Assembly: GCA_963770895.1 (NCBI GenBank)
Contig: CAVYRF010000002.1
Location: 4,704,001 to 4,768,000 of the forward strand
Length of the DNA stretch: 64,000 nucleotides
Direction: 5' to 3'
Origin: an uncultured Acidobacteriota bacterium
GTDB lineage: Bacteria; Acidobacteriota; Thermoanaerobaculia; Multivoradales; UBA5704
Shown: positions 48,444-59,199 of the stretch, one piece after another
How positions within the stretch are numbered: the first letter of the stretch is position 1
How the letters are laid out: each line of letters begins with the position of its first letter
Notes under the pieces: generated by a model
The model's database searches: none
What the model was told of the DNA's origin: nothing
The model's input: only the letters and a program-made list of their open reading frames with translations
Made by a program: the position numbers and the translations under genes

Positions 48444-49142
48444 TCAGGCGGGCAGCGGGTTGGTTGCCGCGGGGGTGCCGGCGCGGCTGAAGGCTCGGTC
48501 GTCGAGCCAGCGGGTGATGAGGCGGAGGGCTTCGGGGCGGATTTCGTGGCCCATGTCGAATTCGCGGTAGGTGAGGCTGACGCCGAAGGGGCGGAGGAGC
48601 TCGCGGGATTGGCGGGCCTGCTCGATGTCGATCCGGTTGTCGGCGGTGCCGTGGACGACCAGGACGGGGAAGCCGTCCTGCTCGGGCAGGCGTGGCAGGT
48701 CTTCGGCCAGGGGGACGGGGAACCAGCTGGAGAGGGCGGCCAGGCCGCTGTAGCGGGTGGGGTGGCGCAGGGCCAGGTCGTAGGCCATCATGCCGCCCTG
48801 GCTGAAGCCGGCGACGGCGAAGGCTTGGGGATCGATGGGGTAGCGGGCCTGGGCCTGGGCGGCGAAATCGCGCAGCTCGCCGGCGGCGTGGCGGAAGGCG
48901 TCGTGGTCGGGGGGGAGGCCGGGCTGGAGGGGGAACCAGCCATAGCCCCTTTCGCCGCCGCCGATGGGGAGCACGATGGGACCCTGCGGGCAGAGGACCA
49001 GGGCGCGGCCGCCGTGGATGAAGGGGGCGAGGCCGAAGAGGTCGTGGGCGTTGGCGCCCCAACCGTGGAGCAGGAGGAGGGTGGGGAAGGGGCCTTCGCC
49101 GGCGGGCACGTGCGCGGTGTAGAGGAGCTGGGAGGCGCTCAT
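48444..49142 (-). CDS. Phospholipase/carboxylesterase (alpha/beta hydrolase)
   Basis: LLLHGWG, GFSQGG, HGTAD and MGHEI. Confidence 0.9.
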   Translation of the reverse strand: MSASQLLYTAHVPAGEGPFPTLLLLHGWGANAHDLFGLAPFIHGGRALVLCPQGPIVLPIGGGERGYGWFPLQPGLPPDHDAFRHAAGELRDFAAQAQARYPIDPQAFAVAGFSQGGMMAYDLALRHPTRYSGLAALSSWFPVPLAEDLPRLPEQDGFPVLVVHGTADNRIDIEQARQSRELLRPFGVSLTYREFDMGHEIRPEALRLITRWLDDRAFSRAGTPAATNPLPA

Positions 49143-49924
49143 AGGGCCTCGGTGCCCAGGGCGATGATCGCGAAGGCCGCACCTTGCGGATCGGCCAGGA
49201 CGGCGAAGCGGCCGACGCCGGCGGCGTCGCGGGGGGGCGCCAGCAGGGTGGCGCCAAGGTCCTGGGCGTGGTGCAGGGTGGCGTCGCAGTCGGCGACGGC
49301 GAAGTAGGCCAGCCAGCTGGGGGGCTGGGCCTGGTCGCCGGCGGGCTGCAGCATGCCGGCGATCGGCCTGCCCTGGTTGGTGAAGGTGGTGTAGTGCCAG
49401 CCGCCCATGTCGCGGGTCATGGCGTCCCACCCAAAGAGCTCGCGGTAGAAGTCGCCGGCGGCGCCGGCGTTGGCGGTGACCAGCTCGTTCCAGCACCAGG
49501 CCCCCGGCTCGTTGACCAGCGCGGCTCCGGGATGGCGGCCAGGCTGCCAGAGGGCGAAGCGTGCGCCCGTCGGATCCACCAGGGTTGCCATGCGCCCGGC
49601 TTCCATGACGTCGAACGGCGCCTGCAGGAGCTTGGCGCCGAGCGCGGTGGCCTTGGCGGCCGCGTCGTCGACGCTGGCGACCGAGAAGTAGTGCCGCCAA
49701 GCCGGCGCCGGCGCGGTGCCGGGAGCTGGATCGCTCTGGAAGAGCGCGGCGACGTCCTTGTCGCGCAGGCGCAGCATCGTGTAGTACTGATCCGGCCCGA
49801 TCGGGCTGTCGAAGGTGGTCCAGCCGAAGAGCGCGCTGTAAAACCGCTTGGCGTCGCGGCTGTCGGTGGTGGCCAGCTCGACCCAGCAGGGGGTTCCGGG
49901 GGCATAGGATTCGACTTCGGGCAT
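49139..49924 (-). CDS. VOC/glyoxalase family protein (two-domain)
   Basis: PGTPCWVEL, FYSALFGW, DPTGARFALWQ and WNEL. Confidence 0.9.
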   Translation of the reverse strand: MPEVESYAPGTPCWVELATTDSRDAKRFYSALFGWTTFDSPIGPDQYYTMLRLRDKDVAALFQSDPAPGTAPAPAWRHYFSVASVDDAAAKATALGAKLLQAPFDVMEAGRMATLVDPTGARFALWQPGRHPGAALVNEPGAWCWNELVTANAGAAGDFYRELFGWDAMTRDMGGWHYTTFTNQGRPIAGMLQPAGDQAQPPSWLAYFAVADCDATLHHAQDLGATLLAPPRDAAGVGRFAVLADPQGAAFAIIALGTEAL

Positions 49925-50096
49925 GACGTTTGTCTCCGCCGGCGTGGCCGCTTCCAGTTGCCTCAGTATCGCCGAAAGCCGCGATGCGGCCAACCCGAGC
50001 CTATTCCGGTTTGATAGGGCGGGGATGGATCGGGAGCGGTGCGGCGGCGGTGATAGAGTCGGGTTCCCAATTCTTGATGGAAGGCTTTGAGGTGCC

Positions 50097-51554
50097 ATGA
50101 GATACGCGCTCTGTGCCGGATTGCTGGTGCTGCTGCTGAGCCTGGGTTCCCTGGCTCCGGGTGGCGCGCTGGCGGCGCCCGCGGTGCCTGTGGGAGCCGC
50201 GGGGTCTGCGCCGACGCCGACGTCGGAGCCGTCTTCTGCCACGGCAGCGCCCGCAACGTCCGCGGTGCCCGCGACGTCCGGGGCGTCCGGCGGCGCCGCG
50301 GTGGCGCGGCCGGCGGCCCGGGTGCGGTTGCATGTGGCCAGGCTGCTGGACGGGCGGGGCGGCGCTGTGGACGATGCGACGGTGGTGGTGGAGGGGGAAA
50401 AGATCGTCGGTGTGCAGGGCGGCGGCCGGGCTGGCGGCGTGGTTGGCGGCGCCGGGAGGGCGGCGGATGGCGAGGTGGTGTGGGAGCTTGGCGAGCTGAC
50501 GCTGATGCCGGGCGGGATCGACACGCACGTGCACATCGGCTGGCACTTCGACGCCGACGGCAAGGCGCATTACGGGGCGGACGAGCAGGAGCCTGCCGCG
50601 GTGTCGGCGCTGTATGCGGCGGAGAACGCGGCGGTGACGGTGGCCGGCGGCATCACCACGGTGCAAAGCCTGGGTGCCAAGGAGGACCGCTACCTGCGCG
50701 AGGCGGTGGCGCGCGGCATGCTGCCGGGGCCGCGCATCGTCACGTCGTTGACGCCTATCGACGAGGAGACCGGACCGCCGGCGGCGATCCGCGCCGCCGT
50801 GCAGAAGCTGGCGGCGGACGGTGCCGACGTGGTGAAGATCTTCGCTTCGAAGAGCATCCGCGACGGCGGCGCGCCGACGCTGACGCAGGAGCAGCTGGAT
50901 GCGGGGTGCGGCGAGGCGCGCCGGCTGGGGCTGCGCTCCGCGGTGCATGCCCACGGCATCGAAAGCGTCCGGCGCGCCGTGCTGGCGGGTTGCGGCTCGA
51001 TCGAGCACGGCGTCTTGCTGGATGCCGCGTCGCTGCGGCTGATGGCCGAGCACCACACGTATTTCGATCCGAATATCGACCTGGTGTTCCGCAACTATTT
51101 CGAGAACGCGGTGCATTTTGTCGGTATCGGCAATTTCACCGCCGAGGGCTTCGCGCTGATGCGCAAGGCGGTGCCGCTGGCGCTGCAGGTGTTTCGCCAG
51201 GCGCTCGCCACTCCCGGATTGAAGGTGGTGTTCGGCACCGATGCCGTCGCCGGTGCGCACGGACGCAATTTCGAAGAGCTGATCTACCGCGTGGAGCAGG
51301 GCGGCCAGGACCCCATGGCGGCCATCGTGTCAGCCACTTCGCTGGCCGCCGAGAGCCTGCGGCTGGGCGACCGCACGGGCGCCGTCGCGCCGGGCCTGGA
51401 CGCCGACCTTATCGCCGTCGACGGCGACCCGCTGCACGACGTGCGTGCCCTGTCGCGCGTCGTGTGGGTCATGAAGGCGGGCCGCGTGGTCAAGAACCAG
51501 CTGCGGTCCGCCCGCGCCGGCGCCGGTGCCGCCGCCTCCTCCAACCACCGTTAG
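50097..51554 (+). CDS. Secreted amidohydrolase family protein
   Basis: Signal peptide; PGGIDTHVH, AVHAHG, SIEHG, FGTD and ADLIAVDGDP. Confidence 0.9.
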   Translation: MRYALCAGLLVLLLSLGSLAPGGALAAPAVPVGAAGSAPTPTSEPSSATAAPATSAVPATSGASGGAAVARPAARVRLHVARLLDGRGGAVDDATVVVEGEKIVGVQGGGRAGGVVGGAGRAADGEVVWELGELTLMPGGIDTHVHIGWHFDADGKAHYGADEQEPAAVSALYAAENAAVTVAGGITTVQSLGAKEDRYLREAVARGMLPGPRIVTSLTPIDEETGPPAAIRAAVQKLAADGADVVKIFASKSIRDGGAPTLTQEQLDAGCGEARRLGLRSAVHAHGIESVRRAVLAGCGSIEHGVLLDAASLRLMAEHHTYFDPNIDLVFRNYFENAVHFVGIGNFTAEGFALMRKAVPLALQVFRQALATPGLKVVFGTDAVAGAHGRNFEELIYRVEQGGQDPMAAIVSATSLAAESLRLGDRTGAVAPGLDADLIAVDGDPLHDVRALSRVVWVMKAGRVVKNQLRSARAGAGAAASSNHR

Positions 51555-51597
51555 AGCAGGCAGGTGCGGCCTGCCGCCCCGCCGCGCGGTCGCGGGG

Positions 51598-53262
51598 TCA
51601 GCGACCGGGAGGCGGCGAGGCGGGCGGTGGGGTGGCGTCCGGCGGGGTTGGTTCGGATGCCCCGGTGGGAGCGGAGGGGGGCGCTGGTGCGTCGGGCGCC
51701 GGCTGGGCATCCGGCGGCGGTGGGGAGTTGGGCGCCGGCTGGGCATCGGGGGCCGCGGCCGCGGGCGGAGGCGAATCCGGTGGCGGTTGGGCGTCGTGGG
51801 AGTCGGATGCCGGCGGGTTTGACGTGGCCGGCGGGGTGGTGGGAGCGGGCTGCGGGCCGGTTGCCGGGCAATCTTCGCCGGCGTTGAAGGCACCGTCGAG
51901 CCCGTCGCATTGCGGTCCCGAAAGGCTGGCGCAGTAAGACTTCTGGCCGTTCGAGAAGGTGCAGGCGCCGCGGATGGCGCCGGGGGGCACGGAGCGGGCA
52001 AGCACCTGGAGGAGCGCGGTGATCACGTCTGCTTCGGCGCCGTGGCCGGGGGCCGCGGGCTCCGCCGGGGCGATCGCCGGCGCCGTGATGGTGGCTTCGG
52101 GGGTGGGTTCGCCCTGGGGGCCGGCGGTTGCGGCCCCGCCGGCGGGTGGCCCGCCGGTTGCCGCGGCGGCCTTGGGGGCGGCTCCTTCGGGAGGGGCGAT
52201 CGGGGTGATGTCAGGGCCGGAGGGCGAGTCGTCGAAGACCGCGACCAACACCATCTCGTAGGGCAGCGACCAGTCGAGCACGCCCGGGGTGTCGGCGGCG
52301 TGGGCGATGCGCCAGGCGACCTGGGAAAGGTCGATGCGCGGCACGCCGACGACGTGCAGGGCGTTGCCCTTGTGCAGCGCCTTCAGGCGTTCGTAGGGCG
52401 GCGTTCCCGCCACGGCGACGATGCGCCGCTCGGCGACCAGGATCTCGCCGGCGGTGTCGAGGAGCGCCGCCTTGACGGCCAGACCGTCGACCAGCAGGCG
52501 GTCGGGGGCTTCGTTGAGGCGGACGACGAACTCGACGTAGGGCTCGGTGCCGGCCATGCGGGTGGTGATGGTGGTGGTGCCGTCGCCGGCGGTGATGTGG
52601 CTGGCGAGCTGCTCGTAGCGCAGAAAGGCCTGGCTGGCGTCGCGGAAGATCCAGCCGTCGGCGGGCCGGAAGGTGCGGATGCCCAGGTCGGCGTCGCCCG
52701 CCCGCAGCAGCGGGTGCAGCTCGAAGACGTGGGGCGGATCGGCGGAGTCGAGCGGCGCCAGGGGCTGTCCCTGCACCTCGCGCGCATCGCCGCCCTGGCC
52801 GCACCACAGGCGCCAGACGCCGCGCACCGCGAGCGGCGTGCCGCTCCGTTCGGCCTGCTGGAAGAGGTCCGTGACAGCCCGCTGCGGCGCCGCGGTGAGC
52901 ACCCTGGCGACGATGGGAAGCCCCACTTCGGGCGCCCGGCCGGCCGCGCGCAGGGTGCCGCCGCCCGACGGCGCCGCCGGGCCGACCTGCGTCCTATCCA
53001 CCGTGTAGGTTGCGCCGAGCGTCGCCCGGTCCTTGACCTGGTCGACGAAGGCATTGTCGAGCGTGATCTGGACGTCGGCGCGGGCGGCCGCGGCGAAGGC
53101 CAGGAGCGCCAGCGCAGCCGCGGTCGCTGCGGCCGGGGCGCCGGCGGTGCGGCGGTGGAACGTCGCAATGCGGGAAGGCGCCGGCGGCAGCGGGCCGTGC
53201 GGACCGGGGCTGGCGGGCGCGGCCGGCTGGAACCGGCGCGCGGCGTGATGCAGGCTCGGCAT
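51598..53262 (-). CDS. Exported hypothetical protein with a Cys motif and Pro-rich tail
   Basis: Hydrophobic signal LALLAFAAAARA; WRLWC..G, HVFELHP; C-terminal GACTF..C..C..C and DAQPAP repeats; start uncertain. Confidence 0.55.
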   Translation of the reverse strand: MPSLHHAARRFQPAAPASPGPHGPLPPAPSRIATFHRRTAGAPAAATAAALALLAFAAAARADVQITLDNAFVDQVKDRATLGATYTVDRTQVGPAAPSGGGTLRAAGRAPEVGLPIVARVLTAAPQRAVTDLFQQAERSGTPLAVRGVWRLWCGQGGDAREVQGQPLAPLDSADPPHVFELHPLLRAGDADLGIRTFRPADGWIFRDASQAFLRYEQLASHITAGDGTTTITTRMAGTEPYVEFVVRLNEAPDRLLVDGLAVKAALLDTAGEILVAERRIVAVAGTPPYERLKALHKGNALHVVGVPRIDLSQVAWRIAHAADTPGVLDWSLPYEMVLVAVFDDSPSGPDITPIAPPEGAAPKAAAATGGPPAGGAATAGPQGEPTPEATITAPAIAPAEPAAPGHGAEADVITALLQVLARSVPPGAIRGACTFSNGQKSYCASLSGPQCDGLDGAFNAGEDCPATGPQPAPTTPPATSNPPASDSHDAQPPPDSPPPAAAAPDAQPAPNSPPPPDAQPAPDAPAPPSAPTGASEPTPPDATPPPASPPPGR

Positions 53263-53405
53263 GTCTGAGAGCACCTCCTGGGGAGCGGGCCGGCCGCCTC
53301 CGGTCGCCGGCGGCAGGCTGCGCGCGCCGCGTCCGATCGGCAGAAACGCGCCGATTATATAGAGCCTGCCGGACCGGCCCCTGCGCCTGCGCCTCGCCAG
53401 CCGGG

Positions 53406-54467
53406 TCAGGCCTTGATTTGGCGGAGCAGGGCGGCGATCTCGGGGTGGCCGCCGTGGTCGGCCCAGCCGGCGGCGGTGCCGCCCCAGCGGGGCTCGACGA
53501 CGTCGGGGTGGGCGCCGTGACGGAGCAGGAGCTTGACGATGTCGAGGTGCCCGCGGTTGGCGGCTTCGTGGAGGGCGGTGCGCGCTGTCTGGCCGCCGGG
53601 CGCAACCAGGACGTCGCCCTTGGCGCCGTGCCGCACCAGCAGGGCGGCGGCTGCCGTCTGGCCGCGGATGCAGGCCAGGGTGAGGGCCAGCTCCAGCGCC
53701 GCGGGGGGCGGTGGGGCTGCTGCGAGCATGGCCCGCAGCGCTGCGATCTCGCCGAGGGCCGCCGCGTGGCGGAGATCCATGCGGGCGCCGCGGCGGACCA
53801 GCGCCTGCGCGGTGGCGGGCGCGGCGTTGAGCAGCGGCAGGTCGAGCACGTCTGGCGCGGCCAGGTCGAAGGGCGCTCCGGCCTGGACCAGCAGGTCGAT
53901 CAGCTGCAAGGCGACGCCCGCTTCGGCGGCGCGCCTGCTGGTGAGCAGCAGACCGATGGTTTCGCGGGCTGCCTTCCCGTCGATACCGTGGCGGATCAGG
54001 AGACGGGCGCCGTCGAGGACGTTGCGCGGCAGGGGGCCGCGGTCCGGGTTGCCGGCGACGTGGTGGAGGAGCATCGCGCCGGCGAAGTAGCCCTGCTCGT
54101 AGATGTCGCCGGTGCGGCATCGATAGCGCAGCAGCGCGGGGTGGTGGCCCAGCAGCGTCGCCAGGCGCTCCAGGTCGCCGCGGTCGAGCGCCTGCAGGGC
54201 GTTGCGAAACAGCAGGTAGTCCTTGAAGCGGGGCCAGCTGGCAAAGCCGTGCTCCCCGGCGACGGCCCGCTGCGCGTCAGCCAGGCGCGGGGAGTCCGGG
54301 CTGGCCGGGCTGGCCGCGCCGCTTGGGAGCGTGCGCCGGGCGCGCGCCGGCCGATGCCGCACCGCCAGGCGCGCCTGGGCTTCCGGCGTGCCCGCTCGGG
54401 CCTGCCTCAGCAGCTCCTTTGCCTGGGTCTTGTACTGGTCGAGGTCGATGCCCGCGGATGCTTCCAT
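53406..54467 (-). CDS. Ankyrin-repeat protein with an N-terminal 'KTQAKELL...AQ..VA.EHGFASW' domain
   Basis: TALHEAANRGHLDIVKLLLRHGA ankyrin repeat; RBS AAAGGAG. Confidence 0.8.
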   Translation of the reverse strand: MEASAGIDLDQYKTQAKELLRQARAGTPEAQARLAVRHRPARARRTLPSGAASPASPDSPRLADAQRAVAGEHGFASWPRFKDYLLFRNALQALDRGDLERLATLLGHHPALLRYRCRTGDIYEQGYFAGAMLLHHVAGNPDRGPLPRNVLDGARLLIRHGIDGKAARETIGLLLTSRRAAEAGVALQLIDLLVQAGAPFDLAAPDVLDLPLLNAAPATAQALVRRGARMDLRHAAALGEIAALRAMLAAAPPPPAALELALTLACIRGQTAAAALLVRHGAKGDVLVAPGGQTARTALHEAANRGHLDIVKLLLRHGAHPDVVEPRWGGTAAGWADHGGHPEIAALLRQIKA

Positions 54468-54780
54468 GACGACACTCCTTTCCCGGCGAAGCGCTTCGCC
54501 ATGCCTGTCGTCCGCACGGTGCAGGCAGAAAAGAGTTGTCGATCCGACTGCGACAGCTGGTCAGGGGTGAGCACAGCTCTTTCCGCGGACCGGACGCGAC
54601 CCCCATCGCGCTGGCGATCATTCTAAGCCCGTGTCGAGTGCCGCGCGAAGCCAGCGCTGGTCCCGCGCTGCGATCGCGTGCCTGGCGTCGGGCATCTTTG
54701 CTAATAAAACGACCGATCGTGCTATTATGCGCGAAGGCCCGGCCTGCTTCCATTCAACTCCGGGCGGTGAGGAGTCGCGC

Positions 54781-56037
54781 GTGAACAACGGCATGAAGGG
54801 CGCCTGGATCGTCGACGCGGTGCGTACCCCGCGCGGGCGCGGCAAGGCGGGCAAGGGCGCCTTGAGCGGCGTGCACCCGCAGGAGCTGCTCGTGCAGACG
54901 TTGCAGGGGCTTGTCGAGCGGCGCGGGGTGCCGCCGCAGGACGTCGAAGACGTGGTGATCGGCTGCGTCACGCAGGTGGGCGAGCAGGGGGCCAACATCG
55001 CCCGCAGCGCGGTGCTGGCGGCCGGCTGGCCGCTGGACGTCACCGGGGTGACGCTCAATCGGTTCTGTGGTTCGGGGTTGCAGGCCGTCCACTTTGCCGC
55101 CATGTCGGTGCTGTCCGGCGCCAGCCAGGTGGCGATCGGCGGTGGTGTCGAAAGCATGTCGCGCACGCCGATGGGTGCCGACGATCCCGGCCGCGACGGC
55201 GGCAACCCGCGCCTGCGGGCGCTGCATCCGCCGGTGCCGCAGGGGGTGAGCGCCGACCTGATCGCCACGCTGGAGGGTTTTTCGCGCCAGGAGGTGGACG
55301 CCTTCGCGCTCGCCTCGCAGCAGCGCGCCGAAGAGGCCCGCCGCGACGGCCGTTTCGCGGCCAGCCTGGTGCCGGTCCGCGACCCCGCGACGGGGGCGCT
55401 GCTGCTCGCCGCCGACGAGCATCCACGCCCGGCCACGACCGCCGCGGACCTGGCGGCGCTGGCACCCGCCTTCGCGGCCGTGGCGGGCGAGCGCGCCGAC
55501 CCCGACGCATACGGCGATGCGACCTTTGGCGACTTGGCGCTGCGGCGCTATCCCCAGGCCGGCAGGATCGAGCATGTGCACACGGCGGGCAATTCCAGCG
55601 GCATCGTCGACGGCGCCGCCGCCGTGCTGCTGGCTTCGCCCGCATACGTGGCGGCGCACGGCCTCACGCCGCGCGCCCGCATCCGCGCCATGGCCACGGC
55701 CGGCGGCGACCCGCTGCTGATGCTGACCGCGCCCGCCCCGGCGTCCCGCAAGGCGCTGGCCCAGGCCGGCATGCAGGCGGCCGACGTCGACCTATGGGAG
55801 ATCAACGAGGCCTTCGCCGCGGTGCCGCTGCAGACGATGCGTCAGCTGGCGATCGACCCGGCGCGCGTCAACGTCAACGGCGGCGCGATCGCGCTGGGCC
55901 ATCCGCTGGGCGCGACCGGCGCGATTCTCCTGGGCACCGCGCTCGACGAGCTGGAACGCCGCGGCCTGGCGACCGCCTGCATCACGCTGTGCATCCGCGG
56001 CGGCCAGGGCATCGCCACCGTCATCGAGCGGGTGTGA
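54781..56037 (+). CDS. Acetyl-CoA C-acyltransferase (thiolase)
   Basis: [28 protein letters not shown] and CIRGG. Confidence 0.9.
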   Translation: MNNGMKGAWIVDAVRTPRGRGKAGKGALSGVHPQELLVQTLQGLVERRGVPPQDVEDVVIGCVTQVGEQGANIARSAVLAAGWPLDVTGVTLNRFCGSGLQAVHFAAMSVLSGASQVAIGGGVESMSRTPMGADDPGRDGGNPRLRALHPPVPQGVSADLIATLEGFSRQEVDAFALASQQRAEEARRDGRFAASLVPVRDPATGALLLAADEHPRPATTAADLAALAPAFAAVAGERADPDAYGDATFGDLALRRYPQAGRIEHVHTAGNSSGIVDGAAAVLLASPAYVAAHGLTPRARIRAMATAGGDPLLMLTAPAPASRKALAQAGMQAADVDLWEINEAFAAVPLQTMRQLAIDPARVNVNGGAIALGHPLGATGAILLGTALDELERRGLATACITLCIRGGQGIATVIERV

Positions 56038-56302
56038 CGCGGTGGGCCGGGCGACAGACAGCCCGGCCTCGCCGCGGGCATTGCCGGGCCAGGCCATAGC
56101 TGCGGCCTCCTTGCCGGGAGTGCCGGGCCAGGCGACAGCCTCCCCCGGCCGGTCTGACCGGGATGCCGGCGATGGCGTTGGCGCTGGCCGCGTCCTGCGA
56201 CATAGTTGGCCGTGCCTCGCGGGCGACGCGCCGTCGGCAGGGTGGATGTGGCGCGGCCGGCAGGCGAATGAAATGCGGGCGACTCCTGAAGGGAGGTAGC
56301 GC

Positions 56303-56731
56303 ATGCCTTTGGATCTGATGCAGAAAATCATCCGCGGCGAGGTGAAGCCGCCCATCGGCAGCCTGATCGGGTTTGGGGTGACGGCGGCGGAGCCGGGTCG
56401 GGTGGTAGTGGAGCTGGATACCGACGGGCGCCACACCAACCCCATGGGGACCGTGCACGGCGGCATCCTGTGCGACATCGCCGATGCCGCGATGGGGATG
56501 GCGTACTTCTCCCGCCTGGAAGAGGGCGAATCGTTCACCACCCTGGAGCTGAAGATCAACTTTCTCAAGCCGGTCTGGCGCTCCCACCTGACCGCCGTGG
56601 GCACGGTGACCAAGATGGGCCGCACCGTCGGCCTGGTCGAGTGCGAGATCCACGACGAAACCGGCGCCCTGGTCGCCAAGGTGTCCAGCACCTGCCTGAC
56701 CCTGCGCGGCGACGCCGCCAAGGGCCGCTAG
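56303..56731 (+). CDS. PaaI-family thioesterase
   Basis: [16 protein letters not shown] and [10 protein letters not shown]. Confidence 0.9.
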   Translation: MPLDLMQKIIRGEVKPPIGSLIGFGVTAAEPGRVVVELDTDGRHTNPMGTVHGGILCDIADAAMGMAYFSRLEEGESFTTLELKINFLKPVWRSHLTAVGTVTKMGRTVGLVECEIHDETGALVAKVSSTCLTLRGDAAKGR

Positions 56732-58290
56732 CCGGCTGCCGCCGGCGCCGGGGTGCGCCAGGGGGCTTCCAGCATCAGGCCCAGGTCGAGCTCGGGATAG
56801 ACCGGGTGGCGGTCCAGCAGGTCGGTGACGCGCGCCCGCGCCTGGTCGGCGGCGCCGGCAGCCAGGGTGTAGCGAGCCTGGCTGCGCTCGCCGGCCTTGG
56901 CGCCGGTGGCGATCGCTTCCGGCTCGGTGTGGGTGAGGACGAGGTGGATGATGGCGGCCACCTCACGCATTTCGTCGGCACCCATGCCCAGCGTCGTCGC
57001 CGCCGGCGTGCCCAGGCGCAGACCGCTGGTGTACCAGGGGCCGTTGGGGTCGTAGGGGAGGGAGTTGCGGTTGAGGGTGAGGCGGCAGTCGCGCAGCGCC
57101 GATTCCGCCTGCCTGCCGGTGAGGCCCAGGCGGCCGACGTCGATGAGCACGAGGTGGTTTTCGGTGCCGCCGGTCACCACGGTCAGGCCTTGGCCGGCGA
57201 GCGCCGCCGCCAGGGCCTGCGCGTTGTCCACCACCTGGCTGGCGTAGCGGCAGAAGTCGGGGCGCAGCGCCTCGCGGAACGCGACGGCCTTGGCCGCCAT
57301 GGCGTGCGGCAGGGGGCCGCCCAGGATCGTCGGACAGCCTTTGTCCACCCACTCGGCCAGCTCCTGCTTGCACAGCACGATGCCGCCGCGCGGTCCGCGC
57401 AGCGTCTTGTGGGTGGTCGAGGTGACGATGTGCGCGAACGCCACCGGGTCGTAGTTGCCGGTGAAGACCTTGCCCGCCACCAGGCCGGCAAAGTGCGCCA
57501 TGTCGACCATCAGCGTCGCGCCCACTTCGTCGGCGATCTCGCGCAGCCGCGCGAAGTCGATGCGGCGCGGATAGGCGCTGTAGCCGGCGAGCAGGATGAG
57601 CGGCCGCACCTCCCGCGCCTGCGCCCGCACCTGGTCGAGGTCGAGCAGGCCGGTCTGGCGATCGACGCTGTAGCTGTGGGCGTCGAACAGCCGGCTTGAG
57701 ATGTTGTAGCGGTAACCGTGGGTGAGGTGGCCGCCGCTGTAGTAGTCCATCGCCAGCAGCCGCTGGCCGGTGAAGGCGGTGCGCAGGCGCTGCCAGTCGT
57801 CGGCGCCCAGCTGCGCCAGGTTCTTCTGGCCGCTCTGCTCGAGCAGCGGCCGCTCGACTCGCGCCTGCAGCACGCTCAAGAAAGCGACCAGGTTGGCGTC
57901 CGCCCCCGAGTGCGGCTGCACGTAGGCATGCTCGGCGCCGAACAGCTGGCACGCCAGGGCCGCCGCTTCCGCTTCGATCGCGTCGACGTTGTCGCAGCCG
58001 GCGTAGAAGCGGTGCCCCGGAAAGCCCTCGGCGTACTTGTCGGTCAGCAGGTTGCCCTGCGCCAGCTGCACCGCCAGCGAGCTGAAGTTTTCGCTGGCAA
58101 TCAGCTTGAGGTTGTGCCGCTGGTCGGCCAGCTCGGCGACGATGCTGCCGGCAATGGCGGGCGACACGCCGGCCACGGTGTCCAGCGCCGCGTAGTACGC
58201 CGTCGCTCCGGCGTGCGGCCGCCGCCCGCCAAGGGTATCCAGATATCTGTCCAGCAGCCCGCCGGGGGCGTCCGCGTGAGGTCCGCTCAT
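56728..58290 (-). CDS. glyA: Serine hydroxymethyltransferase
   Basis: [32 protein letters not shown] and [12 protein letters not shown]. Confidence 0.95.
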   Translation of the reverse strand: MSGPHADAPGGLLDRYLDTLGGRRPHAGATAYYAALDTVAGVSPAIAGSIVAELADQRHNLKLIASENFSSLAVQLAQGNLLTDKYAEGFPGHRFYAGCDNVDAIEAEAAALACQLFGAEHAYVQPHSGADANLVAFLSVLQARVERPLLEQSGQKNLAQLGADDWQRLRTAFTGQRLLAMDYYSGGHLTHGYRYNISSRLFDAHSYSVDRQTGLLDLDQVRAQAREVRPLILLAGYSAYPRRIDFARLREIADEVGATLMVDMAHFAGLVAGKVFTGNYDPVAFAHIVTSTTHKTLRGPRGGIVLCKQELAEWVDKGCPTILGGPLPHAMAAKAVAFREALRPDFCRYASQVVDNAQALAAALAGQGLTVVTGGTENHLVLIDVGRLGLTGRQAESALRDCRLTLNRNSLPYDPNGPWYTSGLRLGTPAATTLGMGADEMREVAAIIHLVLTHTEPEAIATGAKAGERSQARYTLAAGAADQARARVTDLLDRHPVYPELDLGLMLEAPWRTPAPAAAG

Positions 58291-58387
58291 CGCGCAAGGA
58301 TATGCGACAACGGTTCAGGCGCCCAGCTGAAGGCGCAGAAAGGTCAGCGCCCCGGCCCCGTAGCGCAGGCGATCCTGCATGTACCTC

Positions 58388-58417
58388 TTGCGCAGCATAA
58401 AAATAGTGATATAGCAT
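58388..58417 (+). promoter_or_regulatory. Sigma70-like promoter TTGCGC-N18-TAGCAT of paralogue 3
   Basis: TCTTGCGCA...TGATATAGCATA shared with the paralogue 2 promoter. Confidence 0.55.
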
Positions 58418-58455
58418 AAAAATGCTTGGCCAACCGGATTACCTGGAGGTGCCCG

Positions 58456-59199
58456 ATGCGCGTACTCCTGCCTTCGCATCCCCACTGTCACCGCTCGGCG
58501 CTGCTGGCCGGCCTCGTCCTGCTGGTGACTACCGGCGGCAGCCTTCTGGGGCAGAACGGGCCGGTAGCGATCCAGATCAGCCCCGCCCTGCCGACCACCA
58601 GCGACACAGTGCACCTGGTCGTCGAGGCGACCTGCTTCAACGTCTCTGCGGCGCCCACCATATCGGGTAACACCATAACCTTGCGGTTCGGCCCGCCTCC
58701 CCCGTTGGTCCCGATCCGAATCTGCGTGCCGCGCGACTTTCCGCTGGGGCAGCTCGCCGCCGGCAGCTACACGGTCAGACAGATCGATCTTTCGGACGGC
58801 CTCCTGGGTACGAGCGGGTTCCAGGTCGTGGCCCCCTCGACCGACCTCAACCTGCTCGGCGGCCAGTTCCAGGCGACGGCTTCCTGGTCGGAGACCACGT
58901 CCAGTGCCAATCAGGACGCCAGTGCTGTGGCGGTGTCGGACAAGTCGGGCTTCTTCTGGTTCTTCGATCCCGCCTCGACCGAAGTGTCGGTGAAGATCCT
59001 GGACGGCACTGCGGTCAACGGTCACTACTGGGTGTTCATCGCCAGCTCGACCACGGTCCCCTACTACCTGACCATCACCCAGGCCGCCTACGCCTGCGAC
59101 TCATTGACGTCGCCTTGCACCCAGTCGTACAACTCGACCTCCGGCACCAATCAGAACTTCGTCGACCTGAACACCTTCGCTCCCTTGCCGCCGAACTGA
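58456..59199 (+). CDS. Secreted protein, paralogue 3
   Basis: ISPALPTTSDTVHLVVEATC, SGFFWFFDPASTEVSVKILDGTAVN and GTNQNF; RBS GGAGG. Confidence 0.75.
   Translation: MRVLLPSHPHCHRSALLAGLVLLVTTGGSLLGQNGPVAIQISPALPTTSDTVHLVVEATCFNVSAAPTISGNTITLRFGPPPPLVPIRICVPRDFPLGQLAAGSYTVRQIDLSDGLLGTSGFQVVAPSTDLNLLGGQFQATASWSETTSSANQDASAVAVSDKSGFFWFFDPASTEVSVKILDGTAVNGHYWVFIASSTTVPYYLTITQAAYACDSLTSPCTQSYNSTSGTNQNFVDLNTFAPLPPN

Noticed and set aside
56728-58290. glyA as glycine supplier for the Gly-activating NRPS
   Set aside because: About 27 kb away and in a housekeeping context
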